This document shows positions 38,908-47,988 of a stretch of 64,000 bases of DNA, piece after piece (position 1 is the stretch's first letter; the number at the start of each line of letters is the position of its first letter). The position numbers were made by a program, and so were the translations under genes. A model generated the notes under the pieces. It searched no databases, was not told where the DNA came from, and was given only the letters and a program-made list of their open reading frames with translations. This stretch comes from Bacteroidaceae bacterium (GTDB taxonomy: Bacteria; Bacteroidota; Bacteroidia; Bacteroidales; Bacteroidaceae), in NCBI GenBank assembly GCA_017416705.1, contig JAFQBG010000034.1, positions 1,117 to 65,116 of the forward strand. Reading direction: 5' to 3'.

Positions 38908-39738
38908 ATGAAAAAGATTTTTGCAATTCTTGCAATGGTGGGTATGTTTACATTTGGTGCTACCCAGACAGTTGTTGCTCAGGACGCAGCTCCTGCAGCA
39001 GATGCACAAACAGAACAAGTTGCTGACACAGCAGCAGTTGCTCCCGAAGCACCTGCCGTAGAAGAGGCTGAGGCTCCCGCTGCCGTAGAGGAAGTTCAAA
39101 GCGAGGGTTTCCACAAGACACTTAAAACCAAGTTCATCGAGGGTGACGCTTCGTTTATGTCACTCGTTGCTATCGCAATGGTTCTTGGTCTTGCTTTCTG
39201 TATTGAGCGTATCATCTATTTGAGCCTTGCTCAGGTTAATACAAAGAAACTTATGGAGGCTGTTGCTGCTGCTCTTGAAAAAGGCGATGTTGAGGCTGCA
39301 AAAGCTATTTGCCGCGAGACTCCGGGTCCCGTTGCTTCTATCTGCTATCAAGGTCTTCTTCGCATCAACGATGGTCTTGACGTAGTTGAGCGTTCGGTTG
39401 TTTCTTATGGTAGCGTTAAAGCAGGTGAGTTGGAGAAAGGTTGCTCATGGATTACTCTTTTCATCGCGATGTCTCCTTCACTCGGATTCTTGGGTACTGT
39501 GATCGGTATGATTATGTCATTCGACAACATCCAAGCAGCAGGTGATATCTCTCCGACAGTCGTTGCCGGTGGTATGAAAGTGGCCCTTATCACAACTGTG
39601 TATGGTATCGTTGTTGCGCTTGTACTTCAAGTATTCTACAACTTCATCCTTGGTAAGATAGAGGCTCTTACAGCCGACATGGAGGACTCTTCAATCGTTC
39701 TTCTCGACCTTCTTACAAAATACAACCTCAAGAAGTAA
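38908..39738 (+). CDS. exbB: MotA/TolQ/ExbB proton-channel family protein
   Basis: 276 aa with a signal peptide, an Ala/Glu/Pro-rich low-complexity region, and 3 TM helices with the conserved LGFLGTVIGM segment. Confidence 0.85.
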   Translation: MKKIFAILAMVGMFTFGATQTVVAQDAAPAADAQTEQVADTAAVAPEAPAVEEAEAPAAVEEVQSEGFHKTLKTKFIEGDASFMSLVAIAMVLGLAFCIERIIYLSLAQVNTKKLMEAVAAALEKGDVEAAKAICRETPGPVASICYQGLLRINDGLDVVERSVVSYGSVKAGELEKGCSWITLFIAMSPSLGFLGTVIGMIMSFDNIQAAGDISPTVVAGGMKVALITTVYGIVVALVLQVFYNFILGKIEALTADMEDSSIVLLDLLTKYNLKK

Positions 39739-39767
39739 TTTTAACAGCTTAAAAATCAATAAGAATT

Positions 39768-40262
39768 ATGAATAAAGCTGCTGTTTTTGAAAAACTTTCA
39801 ACCTATGTATTGTATGTACTTATGGCAGTGTCAGCGGTAGTTCTACTGTTGTTCTACTTCCATGGCTACGATAATACAGTGATGGTTGCAGCAGGTCCTG
39901 CATTGGATCCGGCACATACCGATCTTCTTATGTACTGGATGTATGCACTGCTTGTAATTTGTATACTCTGTGCCGTTTTATTTGCATTGGTACAGTTCTT
40001 TGCTACTCTAAAAACAAACCCCAAATCGGCTATTAAAGGTGTTGCCTCTGTCGTTCTTTTTGCTGCTCTCATTGGTGGTGCATATGCTATTTCCGATGAC
40101 GCTCCCGTTATGAACAACGGTAAGGCTTTTGAAGATAGCGCTATCCTTAAATTTACCGATGTTTGTATTTATGTACAGTATGTATTGCTCAGCGTTACAA
40201 TAATTTGTACACTCGTGAGCTTGACCGGTGTGTTTAAAGTAATAAACAAAGTTAAGGCTTAA
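39768..40262 (+). CDS. hypothetical membrane protein inside exbB-exbD cluster
   Basis: 164 aa with 4 predicted TM helices and no recognisable motif. Confidence 0.5.
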   Translation: MNKAAVFEKLSTYVLYVLMAVSAVVLLLFYFHGYDNTVMVAAGPALDPAHTDLLMYWMYALLVICILCAVLFALVQFFATLKTNPKSAIKGVASVVLFAALIGGAYAISDDAPVMNNGKAFEDSAILKFTDVCIYVQYVLLSVTIICTLVSLTGVFKVINKVKA

Positions 40263-40277
40263 TAAATAGTATATAAA

Positions 40278-40880
40278 ATGGCAAAAGGAAAAAAGAAAGT
40301 TCCGGGGTTGAATGGTAGTTCTATGGCGGACATCTCATTCATCATGCTCATTTTCTTCCTTGTGACCACCTCTATGGATACCGACCGCGGTCTTCACGTG
40401 CGTCTTCCTAACCCTCCCGAGGAGAACCAACAGGATCCTCCCAAGGTTAAAGAACGTAACACAATGGTTGTTACTGTGAATATGCACAACGATATCATGG
40501 CAAAGGTTGGTAATAGTGAACACAAATTGGTCGATTTGAGCGAGATTCGTCAGTTGGCAAAAGAATTTATTGCTAACAAGGACAACAATCCCAAATTACC
40601 CGAATTGCATGCCGTTGAATTGCCTGCACCGTTTGGAGTGCAAAATATCACAAAAAATCACGTGATATCCTTTGTGACCGACCGTGCAACAAGCTACGAT
40701 TTGTACTTCCAAATAGAGAACGAATTGTACGGAGCATATAACGAATTGCGTGATGAACTTGCAAAAAGAACATTTGGTTACGGTTACAACCAATGTAACG
40801 AGGACCAACAGTTGGCAGTTCGTCAGTACTATAAATGTATGATTTCAGAGGCTGAGCCTAAGAGTTACGGAAACCAATAA
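40278..40880 (+). CDS. exbD: ExbD/TolR family biopolymer transport protein
   Basis: 200 aa with N-terminal SSMADISFIMLIFFLVTTS, the typical ExbD TM anchor. Confidence 0.8.
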   Translation: MAKGKKKVPGLNGSSMADISFIMLIFFLVTTSMDTDRGLHVRLPNPPEENQQDPPKVKERNTMVVTVNMHNDIMAKVGNSEHKLVDLSEIRQLAKEFIANKDNNPKLPELHAVELPAPFGVQNITKNHVISFVTDRATSYDLYFQIENELYGAYNELRDELAKRTFGYGYNQCNEDQQLAVRQYYKCMISEAEPKSYGNQ

Positions 40881-40887
40881 TAGCACT

Positions 40888-41349
40888 ATGAGTAAGTTTC
40901 AGAATAAAGGAAAGGCAGAAATGCCCGAGTTGAATACCTCGTCATTGCCCGACTTGATATTCTCTATTTTGTTCTTCTTTATGATTGTAACATCAATGCG
41001 CGAAGTAGAACTCAAAGTGGAATTCAAAGTCCCCGCAGGAACCGAGTTAGAGAAACTTGAACGTAAGTCTTTGGTTTCTAATATATACATAGGAAAGCCT
41101 ACACGTGAGTATCGTGCAAAATTGGGTTCTATGAGCCGTATCCAGCTCAATGACAAGTTTGCCGATGTATCTCACATCCGCGATTACATACAAGACGAGC
41201 GTGCAAGTTTGGCAGAACGTGATAAACCGTTTATGAAAGTTTCCATCAAGAGCGACAAAGATACTCCCATGGGTATCATGACCGATGTCAAGTTGGAACT
41301 TCGTAAAGCGTGGGCACTATCGATAGTATATTCGGCTACACAACGCTAA
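40888..41349 (+). CDS. exbD: ExbD/TolR family biopolymer transport protein
   Basis: 153 aa with N-terminal LNTSSLPDLIFSILFFFMIV, an ExbD-type anchor. Confidence 0.8.
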   Translation: MSKFQNKGKAEMPELNTSSLPDLIFSILFFFMIVTSMREVELKVEFKVPAGTELEKLERKSLVSNIYIGKPTREYRAKLGSMSRIQLNDKFADVSHIRDYIQDERASLAERDKPFMKVSIKSDKDTPMGIMTDVKLELRKAWALSIVYSATQR

Positions 41350-41369
41350 TTGATACTATCTCGACATAA

Positions 41370-41410
41370 ACACAATCGGCTACCAATTGGTAGCCGATTG
41401 TGTTTTGTTG
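41370..41410 (+). terminator. intrinsic terminator after exbD
   Basis: ACACAATCGGCTACC-AATT-GGTAGCCGATTGTGT, a 15-bp stem followed by TTTTG. Confidence 0.8.
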
Positions 41411-41466
41411 TGCTAAGCAAACTGAAACGCCGGGTCATCTGCGCCTGCTTGGGCCGGGCTTTTTGT

Positions 41467-41955
41467 TTATTTCCTGCTGTACGTCACAAATGCGTAGTCG
41501 TGGGGGTGTTTGTCGTCCTTGTAATGTTGTTCGCGCTCTGTCGCCACCCAATCGTCTCCAAGCGTGGGGAAGAATGCGTCAGCCTCTGCCGGGGTGTCAT
41601 TTATTTCGGTTAGAAAAAGGGTGGTGGCTATCGGCATTGCCGTTTCGTAGAGCATAGCTCCACCTATGATATAGACGATATCCTCGTTATTGCATGCCGC
41701 TAACGCCTTGTCGAGCGAGGGGTAACATTCTGCTCCGGCAAACTCGGCTTCCTTGCGCGACAGCACTATGTTGCGACGGTTGGGCAATGCTCCCTTTGGC
41801 AACGAACGGAACGTGTTGCTGCCCATGATTATGGTGTGCCCTGTGGTCAGTTCCTTAAAGCGTTTCAAGTCGTTGGGCAACCAATAAATGAGTTTGTTCT
41901 TGCAGCCAATTGCGCGGTTTTGTGCTACGGCTGCTATGAGTGCTATTTGTGGCAT
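41467..41955 (-). CDS. folA: dihydrofolate reductase
   Basis: IALIAAVAQNRAIG, LPWxL-like WLPNDLKRFKELT and IMGSNTF motifs. Start trimmed from 41982 to ATG 41955. Confidence 0.9.
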   Translation of the reverse strand: MPQIALIAAVAQNRAIGCKNKLIYWLPNDLKRFKELTTGHTIIMGSNTFRSLPKGALPNRRNIVLSRKEAEFAGAECYPSLDKALAACNNEDIVYIIGGAMLYETAMPIATTLFLTEINDTPAEADAFFPTLGDDWVATEREQHYKDDKHPHDYAFVTYSRK

Positions 41956-41968
41956 GGCTTTGTCGTTT

Positions 41969-42763
41969 TTATACGGCCACAACGCCCTTTATGTGTGGGT
42001 GTGCGGTGTAATCCTCTAAACTGAAATCTTCGAATTTAAACCCGAATATGTCCTTTACATCGGGGTTTATTTTCATTCGTGGCAGTGCATATGGCTGGCG
42101 TGTCAGTTGGAGCTTGGCTTGCTCTATGTGGTTCGTGTATAGGTGCGCATCGCCCAAGGTATGTATGAAATCCCCGGCTTCCAGCCCTGTCACCTGTGCC
42201 ACCATGAGCAGTAGCAACGAATATGACGCTATGTTGAATGGTACCCCCAAGAAACAGTCGGCACTGCGTTGGTATAGTTGAAGGCTTAGTCTGCCATTGG
42301 CTACGTAGAATTGGAACATGGCGTGGCATGGTGGCAGATTCATATTTTTTATATCGGCAACGTTCCATGCGTTTACTATAATGCGTCGCGAGTCGGGGTT
42401 GTGTTTCAGTGTCTCGATGACTTCGCTTATTTGGTCGATGTGCCCTCCGTCGTAATCGGGCCACGAACGCCACTGGTAGCCATATATATGTCCTAAATCG
42501 CCGTTTTCGTCGGCCCATTCGTTCCATATCCTGACACCGTTGTCTTGAAGGTATTTTACATTGGTGTCACCATTTAAAAACCAAAGCAGCTCGTGGATTA
42601 TGGATTTCAGGTGTAGTTTTTTTGTTGTCAGGCAGGGGAAACCCTCTTGCATGTTAAAACGCATTTGATGTCCGAAAACGCTTATGGTTCCTGTTCCTGT
42701 GCGGTCCTCTTTTTTTGCTCCCTCTGTCAGTATTCTGTCTAAGAGCTCTAAATATTGTTTCAT
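41969..42763 (-). CDS. thyA: thymidylate synthase
   Basis: 264 aa with canonical ThyA motifs (DRTGTGT, LPPCH, QRSAD). Confidence 0.95.
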   Translation of the reverse strand: MKQYLELLDRILTEGAKKEDRTGTGTISVFGHQMRFNMQEGFPCLTTKKLHLKSIIHELLWFLNGDTNVKYLQDNGVRIWNEWADENGDLGHIYGYQWRSWPDYDGGHIDQISEVIETLKHNPDSRRIIVNAWNVADIKNMNLPPCHAMFQFYVANGRLSLQLYQRSADCFLGVPFNIASYSLLLLMVAQVTGLEAGDFIHTLGDAHLYTNHIEQAKLQLTRQPYALPRMKINPDVKDIFGFKFEDFSLEDYTAHPHIKGVVAV

Positions 42764-42844
42764 GTATTAAATTATACTATATTGTAAATATATTTCGTTG
42801 TGTATGTGTTCAAAGCGAGCGCAGTCTGTTCCCGCTGTTTTTAG

Positions 42845-42852
42845 CAAAGATA
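42845..42852 (-). promoter_or_regulatory. -7 promoter box (TATCTTTG on minus strand) for thyA-folA
   Basis: CAAAGATA, 81 nt upstream of the thyA ATG. It is followed after 18 nt (minus sense) by GACTGCGCTCGCT, which also begins the dispersed module. Confidence 0.45.
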
Positions 42853-43016
42853 CTTATTTTTTTGCTTATGGCAAGCGTTATACCCTAAATAATAGTACGT
42901 GGATGCAAAATAAATCACCGAATAAAATTGTATCTTGTTGTATATAATACGGAATTTTCGTACCTTCGCAGGTTGTAGTGTCTGTTGCCCCGGTGCAATG
43001 CGACGTAAAGACCAAA

Positions 43017-44372
43017 ATGGAACTAAACACAGAATTTGTTACACGTACAAGGAGCCTGTTCGGGGAAGAACGATTTGCACAGTTTAGCGATGCACTGAAT
43101 GACTCACCTGTTGTAAGCATACGTTACAACAGTGTAAAATACTTGCCCGAAAACATAGGCAATCCGGTTCCATGGGCTTCGCATGCCGAGTACCTCGACA
43201 CACGCCCTCTGTTTACGGGCGACCCTCTTTTCCATGCCGGTGGCTATTATGTTCAGGAGGCCTCCTCGATGTTCTTGGAGCAGGTTGTCAGACAGTATGT
43301 CGATGCTCCGGTTCGCGCACTCGACTTATGCGCGGCTCCCGGTGGCAAGTCCACTCATCTGCTTTCGGTGTTGCCGGCAGGCAGCATGCTTGTTGTGAAC
43401 GAGCCTGTCTCCTCACGAGCACAAGTGCTTGCCGAGAATGTAACAAAATGGGGTGCGGCATCGGTGGTTGTAACAAAAAATGAACCATGCGATTTCTCGA
43501 AATTCGAGAATATGTTCGATTTTATTTTGGTGGATGCTCCCTGCTCGGGCGAGGGTATGTTCCGAAAGGATGCTACGGCAGTGGAGCAGTGGAGCGTGGC
43601 CAATGTACAACAATGCGTGAAGCGTCAGCGTACAATCCTCTCTGATGTGTGGAGCGCTCTTGCTCCGGGCGGCTTGCTTGTATATAGCACATGTACATTC
43701 AACAGCGAGGAAAACGAGGAATGCGTGTCGTGGATAGCCAACGAACTTGGTGCCGATGTGCTCGCACTGAATATACCCGAGGAATGGGGCGTCACAAGTA
43801 ATCTGCAAGGCGGTAACAACCCCGTATATCGTTTCATACCGGGATATACAAAGGGCGAAGGCTTTTTCCTGAGCGTTTTGCGCAAGAAAGGTCACCCGAC
43901 GAGCGCAAGAATGCGCATGCCACGTGTGCAACTATGTCCGCAAAAAATAAAAAAAGATATAGAGAATTGGTTGGTGAACCCTGCCGATTTCGAATTCCTG
44001 CTCAATGGCGAAACCATTGTGGCAGTGCCAAAACTGCATTTACAGGCAATGCAAACCATTGTCGATAGAATGAAAATATTGCATTATGCTTTGCCATTGG
44101 CATCGCTGAAACACAACAAGCCACAGCCGTTGCATGCCTTGGCCATGAGTGCCCACTTGAATGTCCATGCTTTTCATTGCGTGGATGTCGGGCGTGAGGC
44201 CGCGCTCATGTATCTGCACCGCGAGACGCTTGTGCTGCCCGACGCCCCCATGGGAATAATCCTGCTCACCTACCAAGGCGTTCCCTTAGGATTTGCAAAA
44301 AATGTAGGCAACAGGGCCAACAACCTATATCCCGCCGAGTGGAGAATACGTAAGAACCCAATGGAATTATAA
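43017..44372 (+). CDS. NOL1/NOP2/Sun family rRNA cytosine-C5 methyltransferase (RsmF-like)
   Basis: SAM motif DLCAAPGGKS and catalytic DAPCSGEGMFRK. Start set to ATG 43017 because ORF-track 42978 is GTG. Confidence 0.85.
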   Translation: MELNTEFVTRTRSLFGEERFAQFSDALNDSPVVSIRYNSVKYLPENIGNPVPWASHAEYLDTRPLFTGDPLFHAGGYYVQEASSMFLEQVVRQYVDAPVRALDLCAAPGGKSTHLLSVLPAGSMLVVNEPVSSRAQVLAENVTKWGAASVVVTKNEPCDFSKFENMFDFILVDAPCSGEGMFRKDATAVEQWSVANVQQCVKRQRTILSDVWSALAPGGLLVYSTCTFNSEENEECVSWIANELGADVLALNIPEEWGVTSNLQGGNNPVYRFIPGYTKGEGFFLSVLRKKGHPTSARMRMPRVQLCPQKIKKDIENWLVNPADFEFLLNGETIVAVPKLHLQAMQTIVDRMKILHYALPLASLKHNKPQPLHALAMSAHLNVHAFHCVDVGREAALMYLHRETLVLPDAPMGIILLTYQGVPLGFAKNVGNRANNLYPAEWRIRKNPMEL

Positions 44373-44390
44373 AATTAAAAATTAAAATAT

Positions 44391-46433
44391 ATGAAGAAAC
44401 TATTAACTATTTTGACGCTATTCGTAGCAGTCACACTAAATGCCCAGTTTCACAATCCTATAACAGTGACACAGGAGCATAAACTTAATGGTGCAGAGGG
44501 TACTATAACTTTTAATGCCACCATAGGCGAAGGATGGCACTTGTATTCAACCGACCTTCCCGATGATGGTCCCACATCGGCCACATTCAATGTCGATAAA
44601 ATAGAGGGTGCGGAGCTCGTCGGTAAACTAACTCCAATGACAAAAGCAATAGAGGTTTTCGACCCTATGTTCGAGATGCAGGTAAAATATTTCGAGCGTA
44701 CAGCCACATTCGTGCAAAAATTCAAGGCAACAGCCCCGGAATACAAAATAGAGGGCTATTTGCAGTATGGCGCATGTAACGACGAGAGCTGTCTGCCACC
44801 CACAAACTACGATTTTGTGGTGAGCGGTACTGCCGACGTTGCAGCAGCACAAACAGCGGCTTCTGCTGTTAAAAAAGAGGAGCCCAAGGCGCAAGCGTCA
44901 TCGGCCGCTGTTGAACAGCCCAAGCACGAAACACCCCAAGCAACCGTCGATGCAGCAGCCGCTTCTGCAACAGCGCAAGCCGTCGAGCCTGCGTCGAGCG
45001 ACAATTACGCACAAGTGCTATGGGAGCCTGTTGTCGATAAATTGGACGAATATGGCACAAGCGGCGAACGCTCTTTGTGGCTCACATTCCTGTTGGGACT
45101 TGGCGGCGGATTTATAGCCTTGCTCACACCCTGCGTGTGGCCAATCATCCCCATGACAATGAGCTTCTTCCTGAAACGCACAAAAAGCCGTAAGCAGTCA
45201 CTTACCGAGGCTATCACATACGGATTGTCTATCGTTGTAATATATCTGACACTTGGTCTGTTCGTGACACTTACATTCGGAGCAAGCGCACTTAACGCAC
45301 TTTCGACAAATGCCGTATTCAATATAATTTTCTGCTTGATGCTTGTGCTTTTCGGCGCATCGTTCCTTGGCGGTTTTGAACTTACATTACCCTCGTCGTG
45401 GGTGAACAAAGTCGATGAAAAAGCAAGCAGCACCACCGGTCTGTTAAGCCTTTTCTTCATGGCGTTTACATTGGTGCTGGTCTCTTTCTCCTGCACCGGT
45501 CCCATCATCGGTTTCTTGCTCGTCGAGATGACAGCCGAGGGCTCTTTCTTTGGCCCTGCAATAGGTATGCTTGGTTTTGCCATAGCATTGGCATTGCCAT
45601 TTACATTCTTTGCGATATTCCCGACATTGCTAAAACAGGTGCCCCGCTCGGGTGGTTGGATGAACACCGTAAAAGTAGTTTTGGGATTTGTGGAATTGGC
45701 GTTTGCCCTTAAATTCTTCTCGGTTGCCGACTTGGCATACGGCTGGGGATTGCTCGACCGCGAAGTATTCTTGGCACTATGGATAGCCCTGTTCATCTGC
45801 TTGGGCCTCTATTTGCTGAACATAATACGCTTGCCTCACGACGACGAGAACGAGAAAAAAACCTCCGTTCCCAAGTTCTTCCTTGCATTAATATCCTTGG
45901 CATTTGCCATTTATATGATACCCGGCTTGTGGGGTGCTCCCTGTAAAGCCATAAGCGCATTCGCTCCTCCCATGTGGACACAGGATTTCAGTCTTAACGA
46001 CAACGAAGTACACCCCGTAAGCTACGACTACGAAGAGGGTATGCGCATAGCAAAAGAACAGAAAAAACCGGTGTTGATAGATTTCACAGGCCATGGTTGC
46101 GTTAACTGCCGCGAAATGGAAGCCGCAGTGTGGACCGATGACAGAGTGATAGACATACTGCGCAACGACTACGTACTCATATCGTTGTATGTCGATGATA
46201 AAACACCGCTCGACGAGCCCATAATAGTCGAGGAGCAGGGAGCAACAACTAAACTGCGCACCATAGGCGACAAATGGAGCTATCTGCAACGCCATAAATT
46301 CGGAGCAAATGCACAGCCATTCTACGTGCTTGTCGATAACAATGGTACACCATTGAATGGAGCCTATACACACGACACAAATGTCGATTCTTATCTGAAA
46401 TTCCTTAAAGGAGGTTTGGAAAATTATAAATAA
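44391..46433 (+). CDS. dsbD: thiol:disulfide interchange protein DsbD (protein-disulfide reductase)
   Basis: 680 aa with an N-terminal periplasmic domain, a low-complexity Ala/Gln linker, a CcdA-type TM core (two conserved Cys, LTPCVWP and FSCTGP), and a C-terminal thioredoxin fold GHGCVNC. Confidence 0.85.
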   Translation: MKKLLTILTLFVAVTLNAQFHNPITVTQEHKLNGAEGTITFNATIGEGWHLYSTDLPDDGPTSATFNVDKIEGAELVGKLTPMTKAIEVFDPMFEMQVKYFERTATFVQKFKATAPEYKIEGYLQYGACNDESCLPPTNYDFVVSGTADVAAAQTAASAVKKEEPKAQASSAAVEQPKHETPQATVDAAAASATAQAVEPASSDNYAQVLWEPVVDKLDEYGTSGERSLWLTFLLGLGGGFIALLTPCVWPIIPMTMSFFLKRTKSRKQSLTEAITYGLSIVVIYLTLGLFVTLTFGASALNALSTNAVFNIIFCLMLVLFGASFLGGFELTLPSSWVNKVDEKASSTTGLLSLFFMAFTLVLVSFSCTGPIIGFLLVEMTAEGSFFGPAIGMLGFAIALALPFTFFAIFPTLLKQVPRSGGWMNTVKVVLGFVELAFALKFFSVADLAYGWGLLDREVFLALWIALFICLGLYLLNIIRLPHDDENEKKTSVPKFFLALISLAFAIYMIPGLWGAPCKAISAFAPPMWTQDFSLNDNEVHPVSYDYEEGMRIAKEQKKPVLIDFTGHGCVNCREMEAAVWTDDRVIDILRNDYVLISLYVDDKTPLDEPIIVEEQGATTKLRTIGDKWSYLQRHKFGANAQPFYVLVDNNGTPLNGAYTHDTNVDSYLKFLKGGLENYK

Positions 46434-46477
46434 ATAACAGTAGTCCTTGTAGCCGACACAAATAAAACAATTCGCTT

Positions 46478-47986
46478 ATGAACGAGACAAAATTGCTGCG
46501 ACCGTTTATTTGCCGCAGAGCAAGTAAGATAGAAAAGTATGCCAATAACACCGAAAGCATACAGACAAAGGTACTTGAACGCCTTGTGGGTACAGCCGCT
46601 TCGACAGAGTGGGGTGTGAAACACAATTATGGCACTATACGCAAATATAGCGATTTTGCCTCGTCGGTGGGCGTACAAGACTACGAGAGTCTGAAAGGCT
46701 ACATCGACCGCATGCGTCATGGCGAGTCCGATGTATTGTGGAAGGGACGCTGCCGCTGGTATGCAAAGTCGTCGGGTACCACAAACGACAAAAGCAAATT
46801 CATCCCGGTGACATCCCAAGGATTGCAAAACGCACACTACAAAGGCGGCTTCGATGTAGTATCCTTGTATCTGCGCAACAATCCGCAAAGCCGTTTCTTC
46901 TCGGGCAAAGGCCTCATATTGGGCGGCAGTCATGCGTCGAACTATAATCTGCCCGGTTCGTTGGTAGGCGACCTTAGTGCCATCCTCATAGAGAACGTGA
47001 ACCCCTTGGTGAACTTCCTGCGTGTCCCCGAGAAAAAAGTCGCGCTGCTTAGCGATTTCGAAGAGAAAATGGACAAGATAGCGCGAGCAACGGCAAACGT
47101 AAACGTCACAAATATCTCGGGAGTACCCTCGTGGATGATGGCCGTACTGCGTCACATGCTCGACATCACAGGCAAGAACAGCGTCGAGGAGCTATGGCCC
47201 AACATCGAGGTGTTCTTCCATGGCGGAGTGGCATTCACCCCCTATCGCGAGCAATATTTGCAGTTGATACGCAAGCCCGACATGAAATATATGGAGACAT
47301 ATAACGCCAGCGAAGGCTTCTTCGGCATACAGAACGACCCATCCGACCCGTCGATGTTACTGATGATAGACTACGACATATTCTACGAGTTCATACCATT
47401 CGAGGAACTCGAATCGCCCAATCCCAAGGTATTGCCCCTATGGGAAGTCGAGGTAGGCAAGAACTATGCCATGCTCATAAGTACCTCGTGCGGTTTGTGG
47501 CGCTATATGATAGGCGACACAGTGCGTTTTACAAGCAAAGAACCCTATAAAATAGTCATCACAGGACGAACAAAACACTTTATAAACGCGTTTGGAGAAG
47601 AACTGATAGTCGATAATGCCGAAAAAGGTCTTGCCAAGGCCTGTGCCGAGACAGGAGCGCAAGTGGCCGAATACACAGCCGCCCCGGTTTTCATGGATTC
47701 CGATGCACAATGCCGTCACCAGTGGCTCATCGAGTTCTCCAAAGCACCCGACTCCTTGGAGCATTTCGCAGCGGTACTCGACACCACCTTGCAACAGATA
47801 AACTCCGACTACGAGGCAAAGCGTTATAAGAATATAACATTGCAAGCCCTCGAAATAGTCGAAGCGCGTAAAGGCCTTTTCAACGACTGGCTGAAAAGTA
47901 AAGGCAAATTAGGCGGACAACACAAAGTACCCCGTTTGAGCAATAGTCGTCAGTATATCGATGAATTGCAATTAATGAACAAATAG
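46478..47986 (+). CDS. GH3 family (acyl-acid amido synthetase-like, adenylate-forming) protein
   Basis: 502 aa with SSGTTNDKSKFIPVT and overall resemblance to the bacterial 'GH3 auxin-responsive promoter' family. Confidence 0.75.
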   Translation: MNETKLLRPFICRRASKIEKYANNTESIQTKVLERLVGTAASTEWGVKHNYGTIRKYSDFASSVGVQDYESLKGYIDRMRHGESDVLWKGRCRWYAKSSGTTNDKSKFIPVTSQGLQNAHYKGGFDVVSLYLRNNPQSRFFSGKGLILGGSHASNYNLPGSLVGDLSAILIENVNPLVNFLRVPEKKVALLSDFEEKMDKIARATANVNVTNISGVPSWMMAVLRHMLDITGKNSVEELWPNIEVFFHGGVAFTPYREQYLQLIRKPDMKYMETYNASEGFFGIQNDPSDPSMLLMIDYDIFYEFIPFEELESPNPKVLPLWEVEVGKNYAMLISTSCGLWRYMIGDTVRFTSKEPYKIVITGRTKHFINAFGEELIVDNAEKGLAKACAETGAQVAEYTAAPVFMDSDAQCRHQWLIEFSKAPDSLEHFAAVLDTTLQQINSDYEAKRYKNITLQALEIVEARKGLFNDWLKSKGKLGGQHKVPRLSNSRQYIDELQLMNK

Positions 47987-47988
47987 TT

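Noticed and set aside
41350-41657. Two plus-strand ORFs (87 and 85 aa) after exbD
   Set aside because: They start in the terminator region and run antisense into folA, with Cys/Arg-rich translation. They are artefacts.
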